A model generated the notes under the pieces. That model did no database searches. It was not told the DNA's origin and saw only the letters and a program-made list of their open reading frames with translations. A stretch of DNA of 64,000 nucleotides. It comes from the human T2T-CHM13v2.0 reference genome, Homo sapiens. Positions 48,011-64,000 of the stretch are shown in pieces; positions within the stretch are counted from its first letter, which is position 1; each line of letters starts with the position of its first letter. The DNA lies in the NCBI GenBank assembly GCA_009914755.4, contig CP068257.2:32320001-32384000 (forward strand), read 5' to 3'. A program made the translations under genes and the position numbers.

Positions 48011-48678
48011 CAGGTGTACATGCTCCCTGCTTCTGGGGCTCCCTGCCTTCTGGGGCTTTCCACTCTGAGATCAAGGTGCCCAGGATGTGGAGCAGGTCAG
48101 GTGTTCAGAATTAGGAGGAGTGCAAAGGTAAGCAGAGACTTGTCCCTTGGCCCTCAAGACAGAAGTGGCAATTGCCCGGGGCCATTCAGAGCTGCCAAAG
48201 CATTTTCCTGCTTATTAGCCATTCCAGCCTCACAACTAGCAACCTTGAGAGAAAGGTCTGGAGAGAATTTTTATCCAAAAAGATGGAGTAACTTGTGCAA
48301 AAATCACGCTGTCAGCTGGAGTTGGAACTTGGGTCTTCAGGCTCTGTGTGTGGCCCTCTCAGGAGGTTGAACCAGTGATATGGGGGAGGGGTATGCACGA
48401 AGGTTCTCCTGTTGCAGGGGTTCGGGGAAGGCATTGTGAACGTGGTGACATCTGAGGAGGGCCTTGATTAAAATTTGAGGGAGAAGGGAGCTTTTTGGTT
48501 GCAGGCGACAGTTAAGTGCAAAGGGCCACCAACTCAAAGTGTCCCTGAGTTTGGGGTGCTCTGAAGTGGCATCGTCCTAATGTACAATGGGAGGATTTGG
48601 TTTTTATCTGATCTCTGTCACCCGCTGACACCTTTGTCTCATCCATTACCCTCAGCCACACCTCATCTATTCGTTAGT

Positions 48679-48999
<321 letters not shown>

Positions 49000-49991
49000 T
49001 AGAAAGCTCTTGCTGCTTTCTCTTCACTGGGGCCAACAGAACCTCCTCGTCTAAACTCTCCTCTCTCAACAAAAATTCTCCCCACAGCCTTGGTGTGCAG
49101 CAGTTCATGCAAATAAACCCAGAGGATGATGCCAAGCTGGACTCTTCTTTCCATTTTGAGCTCCTGTCCCCCGCCCATGGCTCAAAGCCCCTCTGGCTCA
49201 TGGCACATCAGGGCAGGGTTCCCACCTGCACACCTCAAACCTTGGGATGAAAGGGTTCATAGCTCTGGTCTCACGGATCTTCCCCACAGCAGAGCCAGGC
49301 GAGCTTTCCTATGGACACAGCCCAGGCCTGCTCCCCAACTCCCATAGGCTAAGATGGCCCTGCAGGACAGGTAGGACCTTGGCAGGCAGGACAGGATGGG
49401 AGTGGGGAGGCTGCAGACGTCTGTAGAACTCCATGCTGTTCCTGGATGCCTCCCCATGCATTGTCCCATCTGGTTCCTGCTCCCTTGCAGGACTGGGCAG
49501 ATGCCATTCCCCTTTTAGAGCTGGGAAAAGAGCCCTCTGTGACTTGTCCGCGATCCCACAGTCAGAAAGCATCTGAGGGAGACTGAACACAGTTCTTCTG
49601 GATGCAAACTCAGTTCTCATTTCCCAACCTGACTCAGCCTCTGGGTGGAGGCAGCTTCTTTAGAGAGGACGCGCATCTGATGTCCTTGCAGAGAAACCCT
49701 CTGCAGAGGCTGCTGGATTGGCAAGGGCATAGGGGAGGGGACAGGGTGGGTGCAGCCCAAGATCACTGGAGTTCCTGGGAAGCGGGGAGTCTGTGGTTCT
49801 CTAATGGCTGATTTTTCTGGGGAAAAGGTGGTGTTGACTGTCCCAGCTTGGATGAGAGGATTTGCGCATTGCATCTGAAACCAAGAAAGACTAGGATCGT
49901 CTTTGGAATGTTTGGGATGGTTGATTCCGCTAAGGACTATTCATAAGGCACATTTACCAGCTCTCCCTTAGGTCTTTTCATGAACATGTTT

Positions 49992-50310
49992 TTATTAGTT
50001 CGTTCTCACACTGCTATAAAGAAATACCCGAGACTGGGTAATTTATAAAGAAAAGAGGTTGAACTGGCTCACAGTTCTGCAGGCTGTACAGGAAGCATAG
50101 TGGCTTCTGCTTCTGAAGAGGCTTCAGGAAGCTTCCAATCATGGTGGAAGGCCAAGGGCGAGTGAGGCACTTCACGTGGCTGGAGCAGGAGGAAGGTGCA
50201 GGGGAGGTGCCACACACTTTTAAACAAGTAGATCTCACGAGAACTCACTCACTGTCACGAGAACAGCACCGAGGGGATGTGCTCAACCATGAGAAATTGC
50301 CCCCATGATC
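49992..50310 (-). mobile_element. THE1/MST-family (ERVL-MaLR) solo LTR, minus orientation
   Basis: 'tttattagttcgttctcacactgctataaagaaatacccgagactgggtaatttataaagaaaagaggtt...ctcacgagaactcactcactgtcacgagaacagcaccgaggggatgtgctcaaccatgagaaattgcccccatgatcc'. Confidence 0.7.
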
Positions 50311-51046
50311 CTGAACAAGCACACAGAACAGGCTGCCCCTGCTGCTAGAAGGGCTTCTTGTGGGCCCCCTTCTAACCCCCACCAGCTCCTGAGTTAGAAT
50401 CCAGGAGGGTGCATCTGATTGGCTGGACCTAGGTCATGTGCTTGAGCCCTAGCAGCCCCGGCAGCAAGGGAGGCTGGAAAAGGCAGGAGTGAAGGGGCTC
50501 AGCTTCTGTACTAGGAGGTTCCACGCCCTGCCTCCTACACGATTCATACATAAATAGAGGATTCCCTGAACCCAGGAAGGGAGTTCAGATGCTGGGCAGC
50601 CAGGATAATTACAAATATTCTCTACGTTAGGGTGTGTGTGTATGTACAGGGCAGGGCTGGGATGAGCAGGGTGGTTAAGAGAATGAGATTTGGCATCACA
50701 CAGATGGGTCTGAGGACCAGCAATCTTCACTTATTATCTCTCAGTCCTGGCGATATACAGCCTGTCCCAGCCTCAGTTTTCTTGTCAGCAAAACTGGGAT
50801 ACTAATGCCTATTTCACAAAATGGTAGCCTTATTATTCTTATAGTAGATGTTATTATTAGGAATATTGTGATAGCAATCATAACATGGTGTACCCATCAT
50901 GTTATGATACCTCGGTCATGAACTGTAAGCCTATGTGTAAGGCCTGGTTAGATTGACCTTCTAATTTTTTACATGTCTCTCCAGCACAGATGGTCAAATC
51001 AGCTTTTGAGGCCTGAGTCCTGATACAGTCCTCAAAAGGCAGGTGC

Positions 51047-51355
<309 letters not shown>

Positions 51356-52249
51356 TAAAAGGATTAACCTAAGCTCTAAGTATAAAGTTTTTATTGCTGT
51401 TTTATCCTATAGTGTAATGACCCTCTAACTTTTAATTGTATATATATCTATAAAATATATAGTCTTATATAGCAATGTCTGGTTGGGTGTGCCCAAAGTC
51501 CTTTATAGCTCTAAGCTTCAGAAAAGTAAATAGAAGAAGAAGATAATTAAAAGACTAAGATAAAATAAAACAATTGTCTTTCCCACTGGAATTTGGAGGA
51601 GATGGAGTTTGCAAGTAGGAGAGTTGGAGGGGTAGTTCAGCAGCTGGTTTTATCGGCAAATAGGCCAGTTAGGAGGGGTCGCTGAGGTTTATTACATGAA
51701 ATCCTCAATGGGTGGGCACTGCAGCACAGAGCAACCTGGAGTGTGTGGGGTGGGTACCCCAGTCAACACACACAGGACTCTTGCAAACAGGCTCCTTGAC
51801 TGACATGCTTCTGTATAACTTTCATAAAAAGATATTGATGTTCAGAGTAATCCTGGGGCTATGTAGATCCAGAAACCGTCAAAGAAAGTTTAGATTCTAC
51901 TCAGTAGATTTTTACCATGAAGCACATTTCACCGTGTTCTCATTCTTGGAAACTTAGGGATGGATGAGTGATGTTAATTGCAGTTTGCAATTCTCTGTCG
52001 ACCACAATGTTGAACACAGCGGGATACTCTGTTCTCATGCCTACGTGAATAGCTACCTAAATCTGATTGTTAAGTAGGCCCATAAGGTTTACAGGACAGT
52101 TTTTTTTTTTTTTTTTTTTTTTTTTTGCACATAGGGAAAAAGATGAGTCATGGTACATGGTTGATTTCTGGATTGTATCAAATTGGGAAGAATTTATGTA
52201 ATCCCAAACTGGTATATTTGCACCAAAATTCTTGATAATGACAGGTTGA

Positions 52250-53100
<851 letters not shown>

Positions 53101-54286
53101 AGGAAAAATATGCTAATCTTGCTAGAGAGGATTTGAAAAGCTTCCTAGAAGGAAAGAAAGGATGCTGATTGCCAGCCTTTAGAGACAGCTGAGAGCTTGC
53201 CAGGTAGCAGAGAGAGCAGAAGAAGATTCTAGGCAAAAGGAATGAGAAGACATCTATTGGGGGAAGGGAGCACTAAAAGAAGGCTGTCAGGCAGGGGAAG
53301 GCTGATGGTGGAGAGCCTTTATGGGAATTGTGATTTTAATTTAATTTGAGACATGATGGGGGCCACAGCCAGGTTGAGGAGGTAACTCCATGAAAATTAC
53401 ATTTGAGGTTGATGACTTCTGTGTGCTTGTTCAGGATCATGTCCTTAAACAGGGAATACTCATTAGCAAACTAATTAAGGACCTTAACAGGAGGGACGGT
53501 AATTTGTTGGGTTTTAGAAGACTTAGTACAATAAATATATTGATTGAGTTTGGGTTTGCCAAGGAATTAAAGAGTCCGCACTTCCCTAATAAAAATAAAA
53601 TGAAAATACTTTTTTGGAAAACTGACAGTAAGGCAGTAATGACTATAATAAACCAGAAGTCCTTCGTCCACAAACCACTGTGGTTGACAATAAGGGATTA
53701 AACATTACCTGAATTGGTAGAGAAATTATTAATAGCTGTTGCTTTTTAAAAATAGACATTTACTGCCAGTCTCTGGGGAGGAGGGAGAAGCAGAAAGGTG
53801 CAGGTGCTGATGGCTTTGAAGGGCATTAGCTGTGCCTCTTCCATTCTCATTTTCTCTTCCCTCATTCCCTTTTCCAAACTGAGAACCTGGATTCCATGTC
53901 CAGGTGGGCAGAGGGAGGAGGAGGAAGACGTGGGAGATGGCTGGAAAGAAGAACAAGCCAAATTCTTATGTACTTCTGGGCATGCTTGTGCTCCTGTTTT
54001 AATTTTTTATACCTTGCAATTTAGTGAACTTGGAGCTCCAAAACGTCTGTTGAATCTTGCCTCGGTGCTCTGGTTCTCAGCCTTGGTGGCAGCAGAAACC
54101 CTTAAACAAAAGGTTGAAAACTGCACGTTCCCAGCGCTTTCCTCCCCGCCCCTTTCCTGGGTTTTCTGTTTACTGGGATGTGGAGAGGAAGTGCAAACTC
54201 TGTAGTTTCTAAAGTTCCACAGGGGGCTTTGGATGCTTTACCTGGGGTTGAGGTACTGACTTGGAGGCTCACTTGTTGTATTAGTC

Positions 54287-54636
54287 TGTTTTTATGCTGC
54301 TGATAAAGACATACCTGAGACTGGGTAATTTATAAAGAAAAAGAGGTTTAATGGACTCACAGTTTCACATGGCAGAAGGCAAAAGGCACGTCTTACATGG
54401 TGGCAGACAAGAGAGAATGAGAATGAAGCAGAAGGGGTTTCCTCTTATAAAACCATCAGTTCTCATGAGACTTAGTCACTACCACGAGAACAGTATGAGA
54501 GAAACTGCCCCCATGATTCAATTATCTCCCACTAAGTCCCTCCCACAACATGTGGGAATTATGGGAGCTGCAATTCAAGATGAGATTTGGGTGGGGACAC
54601 ATATCACTTGTGTCCCCAAACCATATCACTTGTGTT
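54287..54636 (-). mobile_element. THE1/MST-family (ERVL-MaLR) solo LTR, minus orientation
   Basis: 'tattagtctgtttttatgctgctgataaagacatacctgagactgggtaatttataaagaaaaagaggtttaatggactcacagtttcacatggcagaaggcaaaaggcacgtcttacatggtggcagacaagagagaatgag...cccccatgattcaattatctcccactaagtccctcccacaacatgtgggaattatgggagctgcaattcaagatgagatttgggtggggacaca' is a near-consensus reverse-complement THE1. Confidence 0.8.
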
Positions 54637-54985
<349 letters not shown>

Positions 54986-57089
54986 TAGTCCTGGGAAGGC
55001 AGTGCTGCTCTAGACTTTCCATGGCTGTTTTGCCAGACATGCAGCAGAACTGGTGTGCCTGTCTGGGGTAGGGAGATGGGGCCCAGGGTGGGCTCTGAAA
55101 GAAGGCTCTGGAAGGAGTTTGGAGCATGACAGCATTGGGTGCCCTCAGGGGGCAAAACAGCAGAGGACAAGGTACAGAAAGATCTAGGTGGTAGGAGAGG
55201 CTTCCAGAAGAGAGGCAGTAGGGACCTGGGTCTCGGCTATGCAGGCCCACGCCCTTGGACCTCAGGCACGCTTATCTCCAGCTTCTCCCCTTCCCTGCTG
55301 TGGGTGGGGCATGCCCACCTGCTGAGGAAATACCTGGAAAGAAACCATGGGACAACAATCTAACCCTGGTACTTTTCCACTCCATATGGATCTAGAACTC
55401 CTGGCACATACTCCTGTGTGATCTTGTGGAACACTGGGCTTCTCTGGAGGAGTCATTAAGTGCTGGCTGCACCCTGAAACGGTGGCCCTGTGACTCTGCA
55501 GAGGTCACCACAGAAGTTCTTTCACTCTGGGTCATCCCCCATCTTTAGCTCCCCTCCCCTTGGTCTTGTGTTGCTTATCTTCATTAATTTGTGATGAGGA
55601 GATATGTTTTTATCACTGAGGCCTCAGCCTGCCACCTGCCTCCCCGTTTTCCTTTTGCCTTCAGAAACTAGTTATTTTTACAAAGGAGGGAGGAGTGCTC
55701 CTCCCTCCAATTCCATTTAAAACAAACATGGTTTTGGCACAACAAGCCTGCCTCCTCGAAGTAATGGCCGCTCCCCCGTGCCAGTTGCTATTCTGCCCTC
55801 ATGAGAGTGGAGCGTGTGTTTCCTCCCCTAGTTCCTCTTTGTTTCTCTGCCCTTCCTCCTCTGAGGGCACAGGGGCAGACAGGACATCCTCCCACCAGGG
55901 GCTGCCTAGTGACTGGCCGAAGATTCTGATCATTTCAGGCCTCCCTTCACATTCTCCAGCGGCATTTTAAGGTCTTTGCTGTAAGGCAAAAGCTGGTTTT
56001 TCATCCTTCCTCCTTATCCAGGTCTTCTGTTTCTGGGGTCAGTCTGGTGCGTAGACAGTTCCACACATACTCTGTATTAGGGATCCTGAAAGAGAGAAAG
56101 CTAAAAGGGACTTCTTCCATTTCAAGAAGAGACTTAAACAAGATAGAATTCCCTTTCCTTCTTATGAGACTGAGAATAAGCACTCTAGCAGCCCTTAGTA
56201 TCAGGGTCCCAGGCTCCCTCTGCCATATTGTTTTGCCATCTATAGGGTGTTGCTGCCTTTTACGGGACTCACAGTGGGTCACAATCATTTATTGATCCAG
56301 GTAGTAGGATGCCCTTTAAGGGCCTGATTCAGAAGTTGTACATATCACTGCCACTCACATCCCATTGGTTGGCTCTTAGTAACATAGCCCTACCTAGAGG
56401 TAGGTGAGGCTGGGAAATGTAGTCTTTACGTGGGTGTCTGGGAAACCAACTAAAATCTCTATTAATTATTAGAAGTTTTAAAAAGATAAATGTTTCATGC
56501 ATGTGTGAGAAAACGGCATTCTCTAATTGTCGAATGCAGAATTCTATATATGGTCGTTAGTTCAAGCTTGTAATTTGTGTGGCTGTTTTGTCTGCCTGAC
56601 CCATCAATAATAGAGACCTATCAATAATTGAAATCTCTCTCGACGGTAGTGGATTTGTCAATTTCTCCATGTATTTCTATCCATTTTTTGTTTTATATAT
56701 TTTGAGGTTAATTAGGTGCATTCATATTTGGCATTGTCATGTATTTAGCATTCCCCATGTATTTCTATCAATTTTTTGTTTTTTGTATTTTGAGGTTTGT
56801 TCATTAGATGCATTCATATTTAGCTTTGTCGTGTCTTCTTCGAGAACGAACCCTTTTCTCTGCATCCAGTGATCCTCTCTAGCCCTAAATATGCTTTTTC
56901 TTTTAAAGTATATTTATCCTATATTGACATATGTTGTTATCTTTCTTCATTCTTTTAATTTCAACATTTGTTCATGTTTTTATACTTTAGATATACCTTT
57001 TATAAATAGTATGTAGGTGGATTTTGTTTTTTAAATCCAATCTGATGATTTCTGTCTTTTAGTTGGCAAATTTAGGCCATTTATATTGA

Positions 57090-57417
<328 letters not shown>

Positions 57418-57643
57418 TTATTTCACATATTTCTTGCGGCTTTTCCTGGATTTATTTTTCTTATTTGAATATCACTTCTTCAAAAAGTGTTTTTAAATGT
57501 GGATTGTAGCATGACAGACTTCCTCAAGCCTTGTATGCCTGAGAATATTTTCATCACACCTTACATTTGAATGACAATCTTGCCAGAAATGGAATTTTAG
57601 GTTCAATGTACTTTCCTCAGTACTTTATTTATGGATTAATACT

Positions 57644-57930
57644 TTTTAGAGACAAGGTCTCACTCTGTGTCCCAGGCTGGAGTGCAGTGGCATGATTACA
57701 GCTTACTTCAGCCGCGACCTCCTGGGCTCAAGCGACCCTCCCACCCACTTCAGTCTCTCAAGTAGCTGGGACTTGCGGTGCTACCATTCCCAGCTAATTT
57801 TTGTATTTTTGGTAGAGATGGGGTTTCGCCATGTTGCCCAGGCTGGTCTCTAACTCCTAAGACTAAGCTATCCACCTGCCTTAGCCTCCCAAAGTGCTGG
57901 GATTACAGGCATGCACCATGGCTCCCAGCC
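57644..57930 (-). mobile_element. Alu SINE (AluJ-like, minus)
   Basis: 'tttttagagacaaggtctcactctgtgtcccaggctggagtgcagtggcatgattacagcttacttcagccgcgacctcctgggctcaagcgaccctcccacc...gcatgcaccatggctcccagcc'. Confidence 0.9.
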
Positions 57931-59204
57931 ATTCAGCACTTTACAACTCACACTTCATTATGTTTTTGCATTCACTGTTGTGGTTAAAAAGTATGATATT
58001 CACTTTTAAAGTGACTTTTAAAAAGTATGATATTCACAAAGGAAAAAGGTTATTTTTCCTTAGTAGGTGTTATGCTCCTTCTGAGAGTTTTCAAAATTTT
58101 CTTTTTGAGTTTGGTATTTCTAAATTAATTAATTAATTATTTCCATGATTCTGCATGGTATTCCTAAATTTGATTCTAGTGTGCCTAGATGTGGAATTTT
58201 CTTCTCTTTCCTTTTGATGTTCTATGCACTCTTTTAATTTGAATATATTCATCTTTAATGCTTGGAAACGTATCTCCATGAATTCTTCATCTATTTTCTT
58301 CTCTTCATTTCTATTTATTTTTTTCTATTCTGTGACTCCTTTTGTCTGGATGCTGGTAGTTTTACTTTCATTCTCCAAGTCTCTTAACTTTTCTTTTATA
58401 TTTTCTACATTTGAATTTTCCCCTGCTTGCTTCCTGGAGTGTTCCTCAATCTGATTTTCTAATTCACTAATTCATTCTTTAGCTGTATCCATTCAACCAC
58501 GAAGCCCATTTATTGTGCTCTTTATTCCCATTATATAATTTCCATACCTTGTATTTTCTCCCTGTTCTTGTTTTATATTGCTATGTTTGGATGAACAAAG
58601 AGAGAGAATGGGCAAGCCTGGGAAAGAACCCCAGATAGGATGCCCCCATTTGGTATCACCCACCAAGCAACACCTGAGGCCAGAGCTTCCTCTTCAGATC
58701 CTCAGGCAGAAGCAGCAACAGGAATAGGCATGCACAGTTTATCATCCCCAACTCTGGGATTGGGAGGGCAGGGAATGCAGAGGCTACTCAGCCTTCACTG
58801 AAGTTCTATAAGGTTTCACTGGAATGGGACTTCTGGGCTGCCCTGATTTTACTCTTGTGTCAGCAGTTTGGGCCACAACTGCCAATTTCTAAAGGCCGAG
58901 GAAAGATAGTGATTGTCCCAAGGCAATGATGGAAGAGAAGAGTGGAACTCAAGTTGCTTTTTCTACTGTCTCCTCCTAGAGCAGCACCAGCTGGCTCATC
59001 CCAGGCTGCAACCCTTACCACTCTTACCACCATACACATGCAACAGTTTCTCTTTCAGTATTCTCACAGTTTTTCCGTTAGTTCCTGAATTTTGTGTTTT
59101 GTACCTCAATTAGGTTGACTCTGGGCAAGACGTATAATGGTTTATGTGAATTTTCCATCTTGGCAAAAATTGGAGTCTCAGCAGAGCAACCTTTGTAAGC
59201 CTGT

Positions 59205-59685
59205 TGTATTAGTCAGGCTTCTCCAGAGAAACAGAACAAATAGAATGTGTATATATTTATAGAAAGAGATTTATTATATGAAATTGGCTCATGAGATTAT
59301 GGAAGCTGACAAGTCAAAAATCTGCAGGGTAGGCTGGCAGTCTGGAAACCCAGGAGAAGCAATGCTTTAGTTATAGTTCTAGTTCAAAGGCAGTCTGCAG
59401 GAGAACCAGGAGGTGCCAACATTGCAGATGAAGTCCAAAGGCCATCTGCTGGAGAATCCTCTCTTGCTCAGGTGAGGCCAGTCTTACTGCTTTCTATTCA
59501 GACCTTCAACTATTTGGAGGATACCCACCCACATAATGGAGGGCAATCTACTCAAAGTCTATGGATCTAAATGTTAATCTTATCCAAAACCAACCTCACA
59601 CCCAGAATGGTGTTTGACCAAATATCTGGGCGCCCCATGGCCCAGTCATGTCAACACGTAAAATTAACTCTTACACCTGCTATTC
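59205..59685 (+). mobile_element. MaLR solo LTR (MLT1-like)
   Basis: 'tgtattagtcaggcttctccagagaaacagaacaaatagaatgtgtatatatttatagaaagagatttattatatgaaattggctcatgagattatggaagctgacaagtcaaaaatctgcagggtaggctggcag...ggagggcaatctactcaaagtctatggatctaaatgttaatcttatccaaaaccaacctcacacccagaatggtgtttgaccaaatatctgggcgccccatggcccagtcatgtcaacacgtaaaattaac'. Confidence 0.65.
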
Positions 59686-59694
59686 CAAGTATGG

Positions 59695-59860
59695 TTTGAG
59701 GACCAGCATTGGCCTCACCTGGGAGCTTGCTAGAAATGCAGAATCTTGGGCCCACTTTTGCCAAGATGCCTGCATTGGAATAAGATGCGAATCTTTTCAA
59801 TTTATTGAGCCAGAGCTTCATATCAGTAAAAATAAGAACTTTGGATTACATAAGAGATTC
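59695..59860 (+). mobile_element. hAT-Charlie non-autonomous element fragment (MER5-like)
   Basis: '...ggaccagcattggcctcacctgggagcttgctagaaatgcagaatcttgggcccac...' parallels MER5A 'ggaccagcagcatcagcatcacctgggaacttgttagaaatgcagattctcaggccccac...'. Confidence 0.5.
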
Positions 59861-60039
59861 TCTGATTAATGTCCCTGCATGATCAGGGATCTTAAAAAAA
59901 AAACAATTACATAAAACTGCCTAGGCTCACCCCAGACCAATTAAAACCGAATCCCTAGAATAGGGCTCAGGCATCTCTTATAGTGTTTTGTTTTGTATTT
60001 TTTTTTTAAATCTATGCTGGTGAATCTGTTATCCACTGA

Positions 60040-60215
60040 AGGTGAGAATCTTCAGAGTTGTGCTTCTCAAACTACAATATGCATGCACATCACTTGGAGA
60101 TCTTGTGAAAAATGCAGATTCTGGCTCATGAGACCTGGGAAGGCTGGAGATTGCATTTCCATCACTTCCTGTTTCAGGACCACTGTTGGACTTGGGAGAT
60201 GCTAGACTGGATGAC
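60040..60215 (-). mobile_element. hAT-Charlie non-autonomous element fragment (MER5-like), opposite orientation
   Basis: '...ttgtgcttctcaaactacaatatgcatgcacatcacttggagatcttgtgaaaaatgcagattctggctcatgagacctgggaaggctggagattgcatttccatcacttcc...'. Confidence 0.45.
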
Positions 60216-60932
60216 AGGTGAGATCCTTTGCAGTTCTGAACTGCTCTGATCCCTGAAACCAGGAGAGCTTCACAGGTTTGCCAAGGTGGGTTCCACCCAG
60301 GGACACACCTCTTAGTATCTAACCAGGAAATAAGGCCTCCCTCTCTGTGGTTTCCAGCATCTTCTGAACTCCTCAAGTCAAAGAAATCAGATGCCTTCCT
60401 GCTGCTGCTACCCACATGGAAACTAATACATTGCTCCTATTGAAAGCTTGGCTCTGTGCCCTGTGGCCAGAGTATAAGGCTCTAGAAGATATTAACTGTG
60501 TCCTCTGTGGGGATGGGCAGATTAAGAATGGTGATTTGGCATCAGAGTAACCTCATGTGGTGACTGAAAAACGTAAACTAATTGCAGACCAAATTTAAGA
60601 TGGTCGTACCTGAAGCCTAAGCCGAGGCCTGAGCGGCACCCTCAAGAGTCCCCTCTTGTCTCCTCAGCTGGAATAACTTTTTCTCAACTGGTGGCTATCT
60701 TGGACGTTAGTTTAAAGCTCTGTTGTAATGTATGTCACCCTGACTGGAGTTCTAGGTATTTTGTTTCTTTTCTAGATTGAGATCTTTGGGGCAACCACTA
60801 TGACTCTCTGCTTTCCTTCCAGTCCCTTCCACCACCCATCCCCAGCTGCGGCCAGGGCAGACCTTAGAAAACCTAAGGGGTTTTACTCCCCTGCTTGGAG
60901 CGCTCCAAGGAGGCGCTTGATGCTTGGAGTAA

Positions 60933-61436
<504 letters not shown>

Positions 61437-63129
61437 TAGCTGGCTGCTTCTTTTCATTCATCTCACAGCTTCAATGTCACTGCTTCCAAAGGAAGACCTC
61501 CCTTCTAAGTGGTCTTTCTCATGCCAAAATGACTGTGTACCCCATAACTTATTTTAATGTCTCCATAGCATTTATGACTATTAGAATTCTCTTACATATT
61601 GATGTTTTCTGATTTATTCTCTCTTCCCTTGTCCTCACCCCCTACCACTACATTGTAAACTTTACAAGCCACTCTATATCTCTTAGTGTCACCTTAGTAT
61701 CTCTAGTGCCTAGAGCTTTGACCTGCAGCAGTAGGAGGTCCTGGATTATTAATTGGATTAATCTTGAATTTTCCACTGCACTTAGCTCAGTTCATTCATT
61801 TAACAAAGGATGTTTTTCCTCTAACCAAAATATGGGTAGCAATTTTGGGTGTCCTCTGGAAAAACTTATTCATGGAGAAACTTACAAAAACAAGATACAT
61901 TTGACAGAAATAGCATGGGACTCAATCGGACTCTAGTTTGCATTGGTAAGGGTAAATGTGGGGCCCTGGGCTGTGAAATGTTTGCCAATCAGATTTGAGG
62001 AACTCATAAAAAGTTCAGAATCAGCTTTTGCTTCTGCCCCCTGCTCTACATTCCTCTTGGGTGCCCAGTGGTAAACTGGCAAGAAGCAGCAGCTGAGGGC
62101 ATGGGCAGGATGTTCTGGTCCTGGATCTCTGCCTTGCCCCCACATCCTAACACCACTGGGAAGACAGAAGCTCTCAGCACCTGGCCCAGGTTTCCACTAA
62201 ACCCTGGCAAAGTAACGCAGATGTGGGATGCCAGGGCCACCACACAGGGAGGCAAAGAGACCTTCATTGGAGGAGGCTGCTGCTGCTAGGGGTGTAGAGG
62301 TGAGCCAGGGGCCAGCAGCAGATTGTGCCAGGGGCAGCTGGGAATGGGCTGTGCCTCCACCGAGCCTCAAGCCATCCTCTGATCTCGCTAGTCAGACTTG
62401 ACCACTCTTCCAGATGTGCATGATTCAACCCAACACAGCTGGCAAGGTGGAGGGGCAATATGATGTTTCACTCGTACTAATGTTGTAGCTTCACAGCCTC
62501 TTGGGGTGGTCCATAGGCCCCTCCAAGGTGGCCTTGGGTGGGTGGAAGGAGGGGCAGAGGTTGGCATCCAAATTGCTCCAGACTGAGTCTACTTTCAAGA
62601 TCTATTTTGCACTGGAGATGTAAATTTCCACTTAAAAATGCAAAGTGAGCATTAACACAGAGGCGTGGCTAAAGTTATTTGCTCTGAAAAAGATGCGCAG
62701 ATATTTTTGTGTCTGGTGGGAAAGGAGAGAGTGTCAAAGGATGGACAAAGGCCACCTCTGTGTGAAGGTGGCTTTTGTGATTTTGGCTTAACCAAAAGGT
62801 CCTGGAGATGGAGTGACTTGGATTCTGATTATGGGGGTGTCTGCTGTGTCCCATTCTTCTCATTCAGTTGAATTTAATTCATCAAGGAGGAATCGTGTGC
62901 CTGCTCTGTGCCAGGCACTGTCAGGTGCCGGGAATGCAGCAATGAACAAAATGTAGATCAATTCCTGCCCTCTTGGGCCTTACTACCTGGCAGAAGATAT
63001 AAAAAAGGGCCACTTCCACAGCATTGTGATGACAGTGGGATGTGACCATCCCTTTCCTAGCTAGAACTGGGGATTTGGAGTCCGAAGGCCCAGTTGACGT
63101 TTCTGGCCCTTCAACTTCCAGCTGTTTGA

Positions 63130-63597
<468 letters not shown>

Positions 63598-63924
63598 TAA
63601 GCTTTAGTTTTTTTCAGTTCTCATATGAGGAAATGACATCTGCCATGTCCACTTTGTGAGTTTTTAAAAATGAGAATACAGTGAGATAATCTACCTGAAA
63701 GCTTTTTGTGAGCTCCTAAGGAGACTTTTGAACTGTTATTGGTACTATGATCTCTCACTATCCTCTATAATGTCATGATGCTACTTGTTATCAAAAGCTG
63801 ACAAAAGCTATAAACGTGCACTCTTTGTCATAGTAGCCACTAGCCACATGCAGCCGAAATGGGGCTAACTGGAATTGAGATGTGCTGTGAGGGTAAAATA
63901 CACACTAAACTGTGAATTTAGTAA

Positions 63925-63946
63925 AAAAAAAAAAAAAAAAAAAGTA
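63925..63946. repeat. (A)22 homopolymer
   Basis: Read directly. It may be the tail of an old retroposed element upstream ('...ccactagccacatgcagccgaaatggggctaactggaattgagatgtgctgtgagggtaaaatacacactaaactgtgaatttag'). Confidence 0.7.
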
Positions 63947-64000
63947 AATCTCTTATATTGAATATATTTTTGATCTTTTGGGTTAAATTGAATATATTAT

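Overview
This 64 kb window is primate (almost certainly human) nuclear DNA, not a prokaryotic locus. About 37 Alu SINE copies are visible by eye, including a young AluY-type element, an AluJ-like element, and FLAM/FRAM-like monomers. Around them sit at least nine truncated LINE-1 fragments in both orientations. Older mammalian-wide repeats are also present: MIR and L2 3' ends, MaLR-type LTRs (a THE1/MST-like pair and several MLT1-like copies), and three hAT-Charlie-like DNA-transposon relics. Simple sequence fills much of the rest: a 0.77 kb minisatellite of a 32-bp unit, a ~0.56 kb degenerate (CACACC)n tract, a (GAAA)n/(GGAA)n/(GA)n tract grown from an Alu tail, a polypyrimidine tract and several (CA)n runs. 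Roughly half of the window is recognisable repeat. Essentially every ORF in the supplied six-frame track is a translation of Alu, L1 or simple-repeat DNA, and I cannot support any protein-coding gene, rRNA/tRNA, CRISPR array or operon-like system from the sequence alone. The repeat-poor stretches (~8.6-11.4 kb, 12.8-13.7 kb, 23.6-26.5 kb, 28.1-29.6 kb, 30.0-32.7 kb, 37.4-39.5 kb, 42.2-44.0 kb, 44.8-46.4 kb, 48.0-48.7 kb, 49.0-51.0 kb, 55.0-56.6 kb, 60.2-63.1 kb) are where any exon or regulatory element would lie, but I cannot call exons without alignment tools. The most interesting structural observations are: (i) a ~150-bp segment inserted inside an Alu that is a ~90% copy of non-repeat sequence 5 kb downstream; (ii) an AluY flanked by ~50-bp direct repeats that start exactly at the end of an older Alu; (iii) a two-block 32-bp VNTR; (iv) monomeric Alu retrocopies with long target-site duplications; (v) an octamer+TATA motif pair in a repeat-free block. 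Repeat family names are from memory of consensus sequences and boundaries are approximate (about +/-10 bp for Alus, more for old elements).
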